DNA from: a virus
Taxonomy: Duplodnaviria > Caudoviricetes
IMG/VR virus record: IMGVR_UViG_3300028571_001454
Span: 870 to 64,869 of that record
DNA length: 64,000 nucleotides
Strand: one strand, 5' to 3'
Below are positions 50,250 to 61,219 of this stretch, piece by piece; within the stretch, counting starts at the first letter, position 1, and every line of letters starts with the position of its first letter. Below the pieces are notes generated by a model. The model was given only the letters and a program-made list of their open reading frames with translations, did not search any database and was not told the DNA's origin. A program made the translations under genes and the position numbers.

Positions 50250-50468
50250 TTATCTTGCACGACGATTTGCTCTGTCAAGTATACGAATAGTTTCTTTAGC
50301 ATTACTAGGAACCATCACTAAACTTGGTGCGGTCTTATGTCCCCAATCCATAAAGCCTACAGCCTTTTTCTCTGCTGAACATTCCTTACAAAGTATATTT
50401 CTATTTGTTTCAACAAGAAACTCATACCTCTCAACACCAACGCAATTTTTGCAATAAATACAGTTCAT
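50250..50468 (-). CDS. DksA/TraR-type C4 zinc-finger protein
   Basis: CIYC...VERYEFL...LCKEC; first gene after promoter 50502-50529. Confidence 0.55.
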   Translation of the reverse strand: MNCIYCKNCVGVERYEFLVETNRNILCKECSAEKKAVGFMDWGHKTAPSLVMVPSNAKETIRILDRANRRAR

Positions 50469-50501
50469 CGTGTCTCCAAAGAATAGGCTGGCAACACCTT
50501 A

Positions 50502-50529
50502 TTTATACCATAGCTATCGGCATTGTCAA
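50502..50529 (-). promoter_or_regulatory. Sigma70-like promoter
   Basis: TTGACA-N16-TATAAA with GCCGAT. Confidence 0.7.
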
Positions 50530-50974
50530 GGAGGGACTTGAAAAATTAGTGATGCTTCTTTTTCTTTTTAAGATTTTTATCTAGACGATCTAAATATAGA
50601 TCTTGATGAATCTTTTCACTATTTTCTTTTCCTTTACGGCTCTTTTTATGTTTTTTATCTTCTACTAATTTAATTTTAATAGTTTTTATTCCAGAGTACA
50701 TCATAAAAAGAGGAACAAATAAAATAATTAATAGTACAAGATACGAAAAATAAGATAATATCTTACCCAAGAATCCTAAAAATATAAGAAAATAATATGA
50801 AAATGGAGATTCTCTCCGAAAATATTCCATCCAGTCTGGATCGTACATATTACTTAAACAGTCCCATAATTCTGTCTATAATACTTGGAAATCTAAATTC
50901 TTGATTATTAATACTATAGATATTCTCAGCTTTGGTTTTCTTAGTCTTTTTTGGGGTTGGCTTCTTATTAATTT

Positions 50975-51433
50975 TCATTCTATGCTCCTAAGTAGTTCAA
51001 TCTTAATGGTTTTAGTGGGACAAACAAAGTTTCCACTATCATCACTATAGTAAACTTTATTAAGTCCAACTGCAATTAATAGTTTGGAACAATTAACACA
51101 AGGCTTGCTTCCCAGAATTAATCCCTGTCTGTTAATTCGTAAGACACATATGCTCCAATTAGGATCAATGGCGTTATAGCGATCAAGTAATTTAGAAATA
51201 AGATGAGATTCAGCGTGAGCATAGGGGTACTCTATATATTTAGGAAGATTAAATTGTTCACCAATACGGTGTGCTTTAGCATTTGTTTTAATTGGGTTGT
51301 TTTTACTGAAACAAATCATCTTGTTCCCATTAAAGGCGGCAGAGTAATGATAAACTCTAATAGCACGACAAGGTTTCCAATTACGGTATGATTTTCTAAT
51401 AGTTGTGTCAATAATCTTATTAAGGTTTGCCAT
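50975..51433 (-). CDS. Zn-dependent cytidine/deoxycytidylate deaminase-fold protein
   Basis: HAE and SKPCVNC; GLNKVYYS. Confidence 0.8.
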   Translation of the reverse strand: MANLNKIIDTTIRKSYRNWKPCRAIRVYHYSAAFNGNKMICFSKNNPIKTNAKAHRIGEQFNLPKYIEYPYAHAESHLISKLLDRYNAIDPNWSICVLRINRQGLILGSKPCVNCSKLLIAVGLNKVYYSDDSGNFVCPTKTIKIELLRSIE

Positions 51434-51555
51434 TTGGTGTAATATAATCAAGGGTATGTGAGAGATATCCAATTTACAATATAATAATCAGAAAACGCTC
51501 TTTCTGCAATTACTCTCACTAATTGTGGTTTGGGCGTTTTTTGTTTGGCTTTACG

Positions 51556-52212
51556 ATGAATTATATCAAAACTTGCACTGACTGTCAAATAGAGTTTCCT
51601 GCGACAACAGAATTTTTTCATAAATGTTCTAGTCGAGGCAAATATGGAGTTAAAGCAGTTTGTAAAAAATGTTCTGCAATTAAAAAGAAAAAATTATATG
51701 ACAATTTAACTGAAGACCAAAAACAAATACGTAAGAAAAAAGCATTAGAAAGATATTATTTGGATAGAGAATATTATTTATCAAAACAAAAAGAATGGCA
51801 CTATAGTAATAGAGAAAAAAGAACGAAACAACTTAGAGAATATAGCTATAAAAATAGAGAACATAGAAATCAATACTTAAAAAAGAAAAAAGAACAAGAC
51901 CCACAATTTCGTATAAGAAAAAATATTAGAGATAGAATGAGAGCAGCGATGTGTGGGAGAACTAAAAGTAAACATACGATGGAATTACTTGGATGTACTA
52001 TTGAAGAACTCAAACTTCATTTAGAAAAACAGTTTATCAAAGGAATGACTTGGTATAATTATGGAAAAAGAGGCTGGCATATTGATCACATATTACCATG
52101 TGCTAGTTTTGATTTAACTGACACAGAACAGCAAAAGAAATGTTTTAATTATACTAACTTACAGCCGTTATGGGCTGAAGATAATTATAAAAAAAGAGAC
52201 AAAATTTTATAA
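51556..52212 (+). CDS. Free-standing HNH homing endonuclease (WHIDHI family)
   Basis: CTDC..CKKC; LGCT, GWHIDHILPCASFDL, NLQPLWAEDN. Confidence 0.85.
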   Translation: MNYIKTCTDCQIEFPATTEFFHKCSSRGKYGVKAVCKKCSAIKKKKLYDNLTEDQKQIRKKKALERYYLDREYYLSKQKEWHYSNREKRTKQLREYSYKNREHRNQYLKKKKEQDPQFRIRKNIRDRMRAAMCGRTKSKHTMELLGCTIEELKLHLEKQFIKGMTWYNYGKRGWHIDHILPCASFDLTDTEQQKKCFNYTNLQPLWAEDNYKKRDKIL

Positions 52213-52411
52213 CATACATATTAATTGTTTTGTTTATTATCTTCACGATTAGTTTTATCCAAGTCGGACTCGACATACACATCATCATTGTCTTGACCAG
52301 AAATATTCCATTCTGGCTTATCTAGTGGTGGTAGTCTGTATTTGGGTGGTTCTTTTGGGGTTGGAGTTTCTGGACTAAGTTTAATTCTAATTGGTTCTTT
52401 CATAAAATCTC

Positions 52412-52561
52412 CTACTTAGAAGCTAACATATATAACCCAACATTTGCAAATGCGTAACCTAAATATGTAATAAACATACCGTAGTTATTATGGTACAAGC
52501 CCTGTTCCAAGGCCACCCATATGTAGACCAAGCCAGTAAACAGAATTAGGTAGTGACTCAT
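52412..52561 (-). CDS. 49-aa two-TM membrane peptide (not in ORF track)
   Basis: MSHYLILFTGLVYIWVALEQG...YLGYAFANVGLYMLASK. Confidence 0.6.
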   Translation of the reverse strand: MSHYLILFTGLVYIWVALEQGLYHNNYGMFITYLGYAFANVGLYMLASK

Positions 52562-52794
52562 TGTTAGCTCTTATTAAGAGGAATATACCGAACGCCATCA
52601 GGCGATATCTCTTCTTTACCAACAGTAATTTTAGGGTCATTTTTAGCTAATTCAATAAATTTTGCTACGTTAATAGCATCAGAAACAATAATTGCTCCAA
52701 TTTGGCTCATAAAAGCTAATCCTTTTGTTCAATGGTGATTTTCATGAAATTAGGTGTACTCTTTATTATAACCCAAGCTCTTAGGAGTGTCAAG

Positions 52795-53454
52795 ATGCAC
52801 ACAAAACAATGCTCTATATGTTCTGAAGAAAAAGAATTAGATCAGTTTAACGAAAGAAGATGTAATCAATGTAGAGATTGCGAAAAAAAATGGAAATCAG
52901 AATGGTATAAAAAAAATAAAAAAAAGATAGCAAAAAAAACAAAAACATACAGAAAAAAGAATATAGTTAATATAAAAACACGAAAAAGAGAATACTATCT
53001 AGAAAATAAAGAACATATAAACCAGAAAAATAAACTCTATGAGATCAAAAATAAAGAAAAAATGGTAAAATACAGAAAAAGTTATTATATTAAAAACAAA
53101 ACACTGATACATGAGAAGCAGAGTCTTTATCTTTCAAATAATATACAAGCAAGAATTAAACATAATTTAAGGATAAGAACTCGTCATGTATTAAAGGGCA
53201 AAATAAAATCTGGAACCACTATCGACTTGTTAGGTTGTCAACCAGAATTTCTGATTTCATATATAGAAAAACAATTTAAAGAAGGTATGACTTGGGATAA
53301 TTACGGCAGAAGGGGGTGGCATATAGACCACATACTACCTTGTGCTAGTTTTGATTTAAACGATCCAGAACAACAAAAAAGATGTTTCCATTATACTAAC
53401 TTGCAACCTTTGTGGGCTGAAGATAATTTGCGTAAATCTGATAAGATTCTATAA
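52795..53454 (+). CDS. Free-standing HNH homing endonuclease (WHIDHI family)
   Basis: CSIC..CRDC; GWHIDHILPCASFDL, HYTNLQPLWAEDN; SD AGGAG. Confidence 0.85.
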   Translation: MHTKQCSICSEEKELDQFNERRCNQCRDCEKKWKSEWYKKNKKKIAKKTKTYRKKNIVNIKTRKREYYLENKEHINQKNKLYEIKNKEKMVKYRKSYYIKNKTLIHEKQSLYLSNNIQARIKHNLRIRTRHVLKGKIKSGTTIDLLGCQPEFLISYIEKQFKEGMTWDNYGRRGWHIDHILPCASFDLNDPEQQKRCFHYTNLQPLWAEDNLRKSDKIL

Positions 53455-54355
53455 ATTTAGCAATCGTTTTGTCCTTGAGCTTATATTCATAATCTATATC
53501 TATTTCACGCGAAAACAACTCATCATGAACATCATATACATGATCACTATGTGCTTTATCTAGAGCATGATCTCTCCCATTGCTGAAATGAAACAAGGGC
53601 TTAGAATCGCCCCAAGTATCAAAACAGCTTTGTGCAGCATCGTCTGCTGTTAGGTTTTCTGGATTATTAAGTCTAAAATGATGTGAATCGTATGTAATAG
53701 GAATATTAGTAATTGGATGAAATATATCAATAAGTTTAGCTACGCTCCATGCGGCCTGCCGATCATCATTCTCCACCACCAATCTAGCTTGACAATTCTC
53801 GTCAAGACGATGGAAATTTTTAAGAAATCTATGACTGATTTCCTCTCTTGTACCATCTTTACTATTTTGGATATGTATATTTATAGGAGTATCATGATCT
53901 GCACTAAGACCAAAACGATCCATAAGGCTACTCATAAGATTCAATTCTGTAATAGTTTTTCCAACAACTTTTTCATCTGGAGATGCCAACACATTAAACT
54001 GGTCAGGATGTGCAGATATTCTTACATTTGTAGATTTAATAGTTTCTTCAATTTCGTCAAATACATCTTGAATATCATCGTGATTAGGCAGGTCTGTTAG
54101 GTCTACACTAGCTTTATCGTAGCTAATTAGTGGCATCATATCACTGCTAAGACGATAGCACCAGTTATTTTCGGAACACAACTTAATAATTTCATTAGTG
54201 GTAATCATATTATTGTAAATACGATCACCTAGAATACTCAACGCTTCTTCTCTAGGCAAACTAGAAAATCTTTTGAATGTCATAGTGTTGAACTTCACGG
54301 GAGGATCACGCTCTTGAAGTGTCAGAGAAATGCAACAGAGGCCCGGTTTAATCAT
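53396..54355 (-). CDS. uvsE: UV-damage endonuclease UvsE/UvdE
   Basis: GLCCI, YRLSSD, RISAHPDQFNVLAS, INIH, VENDD, YDSHH, FHFS, AHSD, EYK.KD. Confidence 0.92.
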   Translation of the reverse strand: MIKPGLCCISLTLQERDPPVKFNTMTFKRFSSLPREEALSILGDRIYNNMITTNEIIKLCSENNWCYRLSSDMMPLISYDKASVDLTDLPNHDDIQDVFDEIEETIKSTNVRISAHPDQFNVLASPDEKVVGKTITELNLMSSLMDRFGLSADHDTPINIHIQNSKDGTREEISHRFLKNFHRLDENCQARLVVENDDRQAAWSVAKLIDIFHPITNIPITYDSHHFRLNNPENLTADDAAQSCFDTWGDSKPLFHFSNGRDHALDKAHSDHVYDVHDELFSREIDIDYEYKLKDKTIAKFIESYQIYANYLQPTKVAS

Positions 54356-54375
54356 AAAGTCTCCTGTGTCGTGTC

Positions 54376-54404
54376 AGTATAACTGAGTATCGTCGCTTTG
54401 TCAA
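54376..54404 (-). promoter_or_regulatory. Sigma70-like promoter (uvsE)
   Basis: TTGACA-N17-TATACT with ACGAT. Confidence 0.75.
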
Positions 54405-54418
54405 TCGACACTTTAGAA

Positions 54419-55066
54419 TTATTCGTATTCAGCCAGCAGTGCTTGTCTCATAGGCTCAGTTAAATTATTCTTGTCTAAATAAAAAGACAGATTATTATTA
54501 AAAGTATTAGGCATATGTTCTAATAGCTCTGGTGAATATATTGGGGTTTTTGGTCTCATTCTCAACTCTCTGTTTAAATGATAGCTCCATAAATAAGCAT
54601 TAGCAGCACGAATATATTTGTCAACATCAAAATCTTCAATAGGACAATTTTTTACTAATTTAAGAACTCTTTTTTCACAATCATGTTCTATTTCTAATAT
54701 GTCATGCAAGCTTTGATCTAATTGATCTTCACTAATTTTACAGTCTTTAATAAAAGCACTGGCAACCAAAGAGGGATAACTAATCCAATCAAAAAGAACA
54801 TCATAAGTAGCCATGCTTCTATTCCACAACTTACGATCATCTCTCCATTGTAAGAAATGACAATATTCATGAAGAATAATCTCAAAACTCATATGGTGCT
54901 TCATGGCAATGGCAAATTCTCTTTTATTTTCTTCATCGTCAATCCAGCACCATCCACCACAAGCGTCTGCTAATTGTTCTTCATTGTATAAAAGTATAGA
55001 AAATCCATAATCTAATAATTCTCTAACTATTTTAATTGTAAGATTAGATTTAGTTTCCATAATCAC
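54419..55066 (-). CDS. HExxH zincin-like protein
   Basis: LHEYCHFLQW, EHDCE. Confidence 0.6.
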   Translation of the reverse strand: MIMETKSNLTIKIVRELLDYGFSILLYNEEQLADACGGWCWIDDEENKREFAIAMKHHMSFEIILHEYCHFLQWRDDRKLWNRSMATYDVLFDWISYPSLVASAFIKDCKISEDQLDQSLHDILEIEHDCEKRVLKLVKNCPIEDFDVDKYIRAANAYLWSYHLNRELRMRPKTPIYSPELLEHMPNTFNNNLSFYLDKNNLTEPMRQALLAEYE

Positions 55067-55421
55067 ACAATATTACCTTCTTCATCGACAACAGAATATA
55101 TCTTTATGATTTTAAGATCTGGCTCGAAATGTTTATGAAATTTTTCTATTGCAGATTCTCTTGAAACTGTCATAAAAGCCCGATGAAGAATGAGGTATTG
55201 ACCACCGTTTCTTTGTTGTAACTGTCCTGTAACTACAAATTCTTTAACCATTCCTTTTTTCCTCTAGAATAAAGTAAATTACTGCCCAATAGTATAGAAT
55301 ACAGGCAATACAATATATAAAAAGAAAGTCACTCATTGAGACCATCCTAATGCTTCTGATACTGTGGGGGATTTTGTGTAAATTCTTGAAAACCGGTGTA
55401 TTAATTAATAAGGAGCAAACA

Positions 55422-56063
55422 ATGTCTAAAAAAATATGTAGTACATGTAATAAAAGAAAGTTTTTTTCTAATTTTTATCAAAAAAAAGGCGGAGCTTTTG
55501 GATTAGATGCTAAATGCAAAAGTTGTGTCGCCATGTATCATAAACAACATTTTCAAAAAAACAAGTCGGAAATTTTGTTAAAAAGAAAAAGTTATATGAT
55601 GGAATACAGAGAATCAAATAAAGACAAAATCTCAGAGTATAATCAAAATTATTATGAGCAAAACAAAGAAGAAATACTAAAATATAAAAGCTCAAAACCC
55701 TATCGTAAACACTCAAGGTATTATGAAAAACAGAAAAGAAAAAATGACATGTCATTTAGAATAACAGGTAGTCTTAGAAGCAGATTAAATCTGGCTATAA
55801 GAAAGAATAAAAAGCACGGAACAACTATGGAATTGATAGGTTGTAGTATTGATGATTTGAAAGAGTATCTATCTAAATTATTTCAAAAAGGAATGAGCTG
55901 GGAAAACTATGGTAAAAATGGTTGGCATATAGATCATATAAAACCATGTGCTAGTTTTGATTTAACAAAACCAGAACAACAAAAATTATGTTTTCATTAT
56001 AGTAATTTACAGCCATTATGGGCAATAGACAATATTAAAAAGTCCAATAAGAATATTAAATAG
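55422..56063 (+). CDS. Free-standing HNH homing endonuclease (WHIDHI family)
   Basis: CSTC..CKSC; GWHIDHIKPCASFDL, HYSNLQPLWA; SD AAGGAG; overlaps thyX end. Confidence 0.85.
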   Translation: MSKKICSTCNKRKFFSNFYQKKGGAFGLDAKCKSCVAMYHKQHFQKNKSEILLKRKSYMMEYRESNKDKISEYNQNYYEQNKEEILKYKSSKPYRKHSRYYEKQKRKNDMSFRITGSLRSRLNLAIRKNKKHGTTMELIGCSIDDLKEYLSKLFQKGMSWENYGKNGWHIDHIKPCASFDLTKPEQQKLCFHYSNLQPLWAIDNIKKSNKNIK

Positions 56064-56709
56064 TCCATTCGTTTTCATAACCCCCAAGAGCTTCACTTAT
56101 AGTTGGAAACTGTTCACAAAAAATCTTTTTACATTCTTTGGCAATGTCTATGTGTTCTTTTTGTGTACCGCTTTTTTCTCTTAGAGATATATACGTCATC
56201 CATGATCTAGGATTTCCTGTCATATATAGCCTAGTAGGAGTTGCTAATGGTAATATAAATCTAGCACATTCTTTAGCAACTCCGTCTGCTACCATCCCAT
56301 CATAAATAGCTTTGGATTTGGCTAAGTGTTCACGAATTTTAGAATTCCATTTACATCTAATTTCATCAGATATGTCATCAATGCTATTTTGACGATTCTT
56401 ATTGTCTTGTCTCCTGAGTTCAAAAACAGGAATGTCTTCTGCCAATAATGTAGTATCTGCATATCTTTGAGAAAACTCCTGAAAATTAAAACTTCTATGC
56501 CTCAGAATTTGGGCAGCTAATCCTCTTGTAGTATTGATTTCTAAAGTTAATATTGCATGTTCAAAAATAGATATATGTTTATGCGTAATACAATACTTTA
56601 AAAGGTTGGCTATATTTTCATTCTCTTGTCCTTTTGGATTTGATACCCTAGCACAATATGCCATTAGTTTTTCTGCGTCAGGTGTTACACTGATTAATTT
56701 TACGCTCAT
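56056..56709 (-). CDS. thyX: Flavin-dependent thymidylate synthase
   Basis: AYCARVS, H.SIFEH, RHRSFNFQEFSQRY, ARFILP, LR..TQKEH. Confidence 0.95.
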   Translation of the reverse strand: MSVKLISVTPDAEKLMAYCARVSNPKGQENENIANLLKYCITHKHISIFEHAILTLEINTTRGLAAQILRHRSFNFQEFSQRYADTTLLAEDIPVFELRRQDNKNRQNSIDDISDEIRCKWNSKIREHLAKSKAIYDGMVADGVAKECARFILPLATPTRLYMTGNPRSWMTYISLREKSGTQKEHIDIAKECKKIFCEQFPTISEALGGYENEWTI

Positions 56710-57110
56710 ATTTGATCCTCTGTATATAGTATTTCAAATTCTTCTAATGGACATACTTCCATATCCCAATTACCTTTTCTTAATCCAAATCCCAAGATAA
56801 TTCCACTTTTTTCCCAATCTTTAGCATAATCTTCGTGAGATATTCTTTTTATCGGTTGTCCATAAGTATTAACGCTCCCATCAAAAACTTCTGTACCAGC
56901 ATCAAACCATTCATCTTTCTTTGAAATAAGCTTAACGTATTTCATTATTATTCCAATAGCTAATCATCTTATTCCATACTGGAGTAAAGAAGTATACTGC
57001 AATAAAACTAACGATACCACTCACAGAAGCATTAATTATACCTCCAAGAGTTAGTGCTGACACTATTGGTATCATCTGTGTTTTAGCTTCTTCTTTATTT
57101 TCCATTGTAA

Positions 57111-57809
57111 TTATTCTTTTGATTCTTTGAATTCATAAAAATATTCTTCCTCTTCTGATTTACTTATCCATCTACTGCCAGTATTTTCACAACTAAACTC
57201 TTTGCTAAAAACTTTCCAGTCTGGTTTCTCAGCAAATGTTTTGCTGATAAAACTTCCTCCATCCATCCATAATACTCTATTGTTGGGTTGTATAAAAAAT
57301 TGTCCACCTTCGCCTAAGAACACATGACCACATTTATGACCAGCAGCCATTTCTCCGTAACCAGATTTATACTGTGGGCCAAAACACCAGTCTAAAGTAA
57401 ACAAGTATTTTGATTTATGCAACGAATGATCCTTTAGCATTATTTTAGCTGCTTTGTTTTTTGTATATTCATTAATATTGCAAGACAGGTAGTAGCTCAT
57501 ACTGTCCCATAATTGTATCCAGTCTAATGGATATTCACTACCTCCTTCGCCACTACCTCTTAAATATTGTATTGGAACTCTAGCGTGTTGACTTCCATAT
57601 TCTGTCATAACAGAAAACATACCGCATCTTTGCGGAATACTAGTAAAACTAAAAACCTCAACTACTATTCTTTCGTTTTTTACATTGGGTAGTTCATCAT
57701 GTAAAAAACCTGTGTCAAGAAAACACCAAAATGTAGGAATGTCTATATTTAAGTAATTACTCAAGGTACTGTTCTTTCTGATGGGATGTTTGGTTCTTGT
57801 AAATTCCAC
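57111..57809 (-). CDS. Conserved phage hypothetical protein
   Basis: YLNIDIP, QLWDS, YLFTLDW, HKCGH, QPNNR. Confidence 0.65.
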   Translation of the reverse strand: MEFTRTKHPIRKNSTLSNYLNIDIPTFWCFLDTGFLHDELPNVKNERIVVEVFSFTSIPQRCGMFSVMTEYGSQHARVPIQYLRGSGEGGSEYPLDWIQLWDSMSYYLSCNINEYTKNKAAKIMLKDHSLHKSKYLFTLDWCFGPQYKSGYGEMAAGHKCGHVFLGEGGQFFIQPNNRVLWMDGGSFISKTFAEKPDWKVFSKEFSCENTGSRWISKSEEEEYFYEFKESKE

Positions 57810-58563
57810 ATAGGATTAGCACCAAAGTATATTTCATGACTGTCTACATGAATACATTCTCTGGTTGAGAACAAGTCTACTACCCAAATAGTGTTGATGT
57901 CTGGGCCATAATCTATAACCAGTCTAGCAAAACCTTCTCCTTTTGGAGTAAAAACACTGATAGGGGGATTTAATTGCAAAATATACATTAATAATTACTC
58001 ACTGTAAATTTGATATCGGCTTTTGATTCTTTGCACTTAGTTTGGTGTTCAACCCACTTGTTATCTGTCAAATGATTAAAGATTGCTGTGGCTACTTTAC
58101 TAACGCTAGTTGCAGTACCAGATATAGAAATATCGCTAATTTTTGACCAAAGATATTTGTGAGTATCGTCCTCGTTCTTTTCTTTAATAATAGAGTAGCC
58201 TTTTTCTTTTGCCCAGCGTTTTATTTCATTAATTGTCATTATTTGTAGTCATTTTCTTTAGTAGAGTTAACTCCTGCGTTGAAGTATGTGAAAACTTTAC
58301 CTAGTTCGTCTAGCGATAAATAATATAGGTCTTGTGTTGATGTCATATAATTATTTTTTACCCAGTTACTAAATAAACGCTCTGAATCTGCCATTCTTTC
58401 AATACCAATGTATAAAAATTGATATTCAACATTTTGAAAAAGATCTCCAAATTCATTTCTAATATCCAAAAATACTTGTGTGATCATTCCTTCATAATAT
58501 TTAATAGAGTAATTTTCTATACGATATTTTCTGTTCAGTATATCGTACACAAATACCCCAACT

Positions 58564-59223
58564 TTAATTTGATCTATTTGATTTGGTTTCATTGTAATAA
58601 CTATTATAAAGCTTATTAATTTTATGAGCAATGGTTGGATCTAAATTTTCTTTGATAAAATCATCATCGTTGTCTGTAGTATAAGCTTGAATCTCATCAT
58701 TTAGTACATCATTACAATAGCCTTTGTCAAGTAAGTATTTTTTAATTTTATTGAGTTTTTTGTCATATTTTTGACAAACAATATCTATATTCTTTCTATA
58801 AGATTTACTGTACGCATAAAGAGCATGAGATAATTCATGTCTTATTGTAGATTCGTCGTTTGCACCAATAATATAGAAATCATCGTTTCTATATCTAAAT
58901 AGAGATATTAATTCGTTTTCTTCTTTTGTTAGTGGATCAAATAACCCATTGATAAAAGGTTCTAATACATAACTTGGGAAATTAAATCCCTCCCAATCTC
59001 TGTGGTATGTATCAGCACCATAGGTTATACTGTACCAATGTTTTAATTGACCAAGGGTGAAGATAGTATTTTTAAATTTTGGACTCTCATAAAATTCTTG
59101 GAATCTAATAAATGTTTTACATAAAGACTCTTGTGAATCTGTTTGTAGTAGTACGGTATTAAACTTTAGTTGTTTTATCTTCTTGAATAGCATTAAATAT
59201 TTTATTATAAGAGTGTTGAGCAT
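58564..59223 (-). CDS. HExxH zincin-like protein
   Basis: RFQEFYESP, HELSHA, DEIQAY. Confidence 0.6.
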   Translation of the reverse strand: MLNTLIIKYLMLFKKIKQLKFNTVLLQTDSQESLCKTFIRFQEFYESPKFKNTIFTLGQLKHWYSITYGADTYHRDWEGFNFPSYVLEPFINGLFDPLTKEENELISLFRYRNDDFYIIGANDESTIRHELSHALYAYSKSYRKNIDIVCQKYDKKLNKIKKYLLDKGYCNDVLNDEIQAYTTDNDDDFIKENLDPTIAHKINKLYNSYYNETKSNRSN

Positions 59224-59445
59224 CTTCTAGGGAAGATACTAGTCTAAACATTTCTACATTTTGAGTAAGCGTTAAATCGAGTATACTATCCAGATTTTCT
59301 ACAATACATCTGATAACATTGCTAGTGCCATTTTCCTGTAAAAACTTTTTAATCTTTTCTTTTTGTTCTAGATATAGGGTTTCTTTTTTTAAGAAACTTT
59401 TATTCGCATCAGATTGTATCATTCGGTTAGTCCAGAGGGGTTTAA

Positions 59446-59751
59446 TTAGTATGCTATGGGTCTATAAACCCAATAAATAACGGGTTGTTGAACTACAATT
59501 CTTTGTCTACAAAAAATACTATACTTTTCATAAACAACTGGTTGATTAATATAAACCGGAACCCAATTGTATACAATAACTGGTGACGGTCTAATGGTTG
59601 TTACTATAGTTTGCTGTGTCTCCATCAATACTGGTGCTTGATAGTTAGCTACTGGAGCATTGGGGACGTATGGTATCCACTCATTTGGATTGGCATATAA
59701 TGAGTGTTGAAGAAAAAACAGGCAGCTAAGAGCAGTAAAAAATATTTTCAT
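59446..59751 (-). CDS. Small secreted Pro/Val/Tyr-rich protein
   Basis: Signal peptide ending LYA. Confidence 0.6.
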   Translation of the reverse strand: MKIFFTALSCLFFLQHSLYANPNEWIPYVPNAPVANYQAPVLMETQQTIVTTIRPSPVIVYNWVPVYINQPVVYEKYSIFCRQRIVVQQPVIYWVYRPIAY

Positions 59752-60333
59752 TATAAGATCCTTTATTGGTTTTGGTCAGAAAAACTATTGACAATAATTT
59801 CTATAAGAATAAGACATGCAAGAAATATCCATATTTTTATTAACATTAGATATTATATCTAATCTTGATAAGATCAATAGTTTGCCTAGCAGTAAACTGT
59901 ATAGTATTGCCTCCCCAATAATATCTAGTAATAAAGTCCACAAGCATCTCAGATATGTCCGAATCTGCTAGAATTTTACTATAGCTTGGCTTATACTCCA
60001 TAGTAATGTAAGAGTAAACACCCATATAGAAAGAGTGAGCGTCAGTAAGTACGGCTTTTCTCTTCATGGATTAATTCTCAGCATTGCGATTATTTTATTA
60101 GCAGTATGCTCTACAGTATCTTCTTGTCTCATTGAGGATTTAACAATTTTATCAACAACAGACTTATTATTATTAATCTGAACTGTTTTAAGCATATTCT
60201 TACCATACTGAGTATTAATATACTCGAAAACCTGATCAATAAATGGACTTGTAATATTCACAAAATCTCCTTATAATTATCTAACCTAAAATTTCAAACA
60301 ATTCATCAGCCAAAATATCCAATACGATACGTT

Positions 60334-60362
60334 AGTATATCAAATCATATCGGCATTGTCAA
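60334..60362 (-). promoter_or_regulatory. Sigma70-like promoter
   Basis: TTGACA-N17-TATACT with GCCGAT. Confidence 0.75.
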
Positions 60363-60370
60363 GCCAAAAC

Positions 60371-60505
60371 TTAATTTTTTTTGTCAGTCCCGCGTTGCCA
60401 CTTAGGAATAAAGGGACAGTTGACACAGTTTTTACCACAACAAAAACTCCTCTGCAATAGAAACTCCCTAGATAGTGGATTATGGTTAGGTTCTTGTTTC
60501 ATCAT
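60371..60505 (-). CDS. DUF5522-like Cys-rich peptide
   Basis: FLLQRSFCCGKNCVNCPF. Confidence 0.65.
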   Translation of the reverse strand: MMKQEPNHNPLSREFLLQRSFCCGKNCVNCPFIPKWQRGTDKKN

Positions 60506-61219
60506 TGTCTTTTTTATCGTAATGTTTCCATGCTTCTTTATGTTCTTTAGCGATAATTTCACTTCTTTGTTCGTGTATCATTATAAGCTGATACTCTATT
60601 AGATTATATAGTTCAAGAATATGTTTTTTTAATTTCTTCATTATCACAAATGCTAATGATATGTTTTCTTTGATTTTTATCATAGCATAAATATTTAAGT
60701 GGCGCCATTTCTGACATATTATACATTCCTTTCATTAAGTGCTATAATATCTGACAATTTTATAAAATATGTATATACATATGAATAAGCCTACAGCACA
60801 TACAATAATCTTAGTACCATCATCATGTATAAAAGTTGGACAAATTGGTCTACGAACAACATTATTCATGGAATAGCTTTTCCAAAATAAAAATTAATTG
60901 TGCAATTTTGTGGATGATATTTACTTTTATAGCTTATACTACCATTCTCATTGATTTCTATAATTCCTGTAGTATAAATAATATGACCAATGCTTAAATT
61001 ATCATTCAAAAGATGCAACTGGTTAGTTTCGCTAATCCAATTCCAATAATTGTATTGAAAGATTTCTTTATTATCAATAGATAAAAGAACCATCACAGTA
61101 TTATCCAACTGCTGTGTTAGGTATTCATTTAATATCATGTTTTTGTGACTTTTTAAATTTTGTACAATGTGGGCTAATTTATTATAAATAGTGAAACACC
61201 AATGTCAATTCAAACTATA

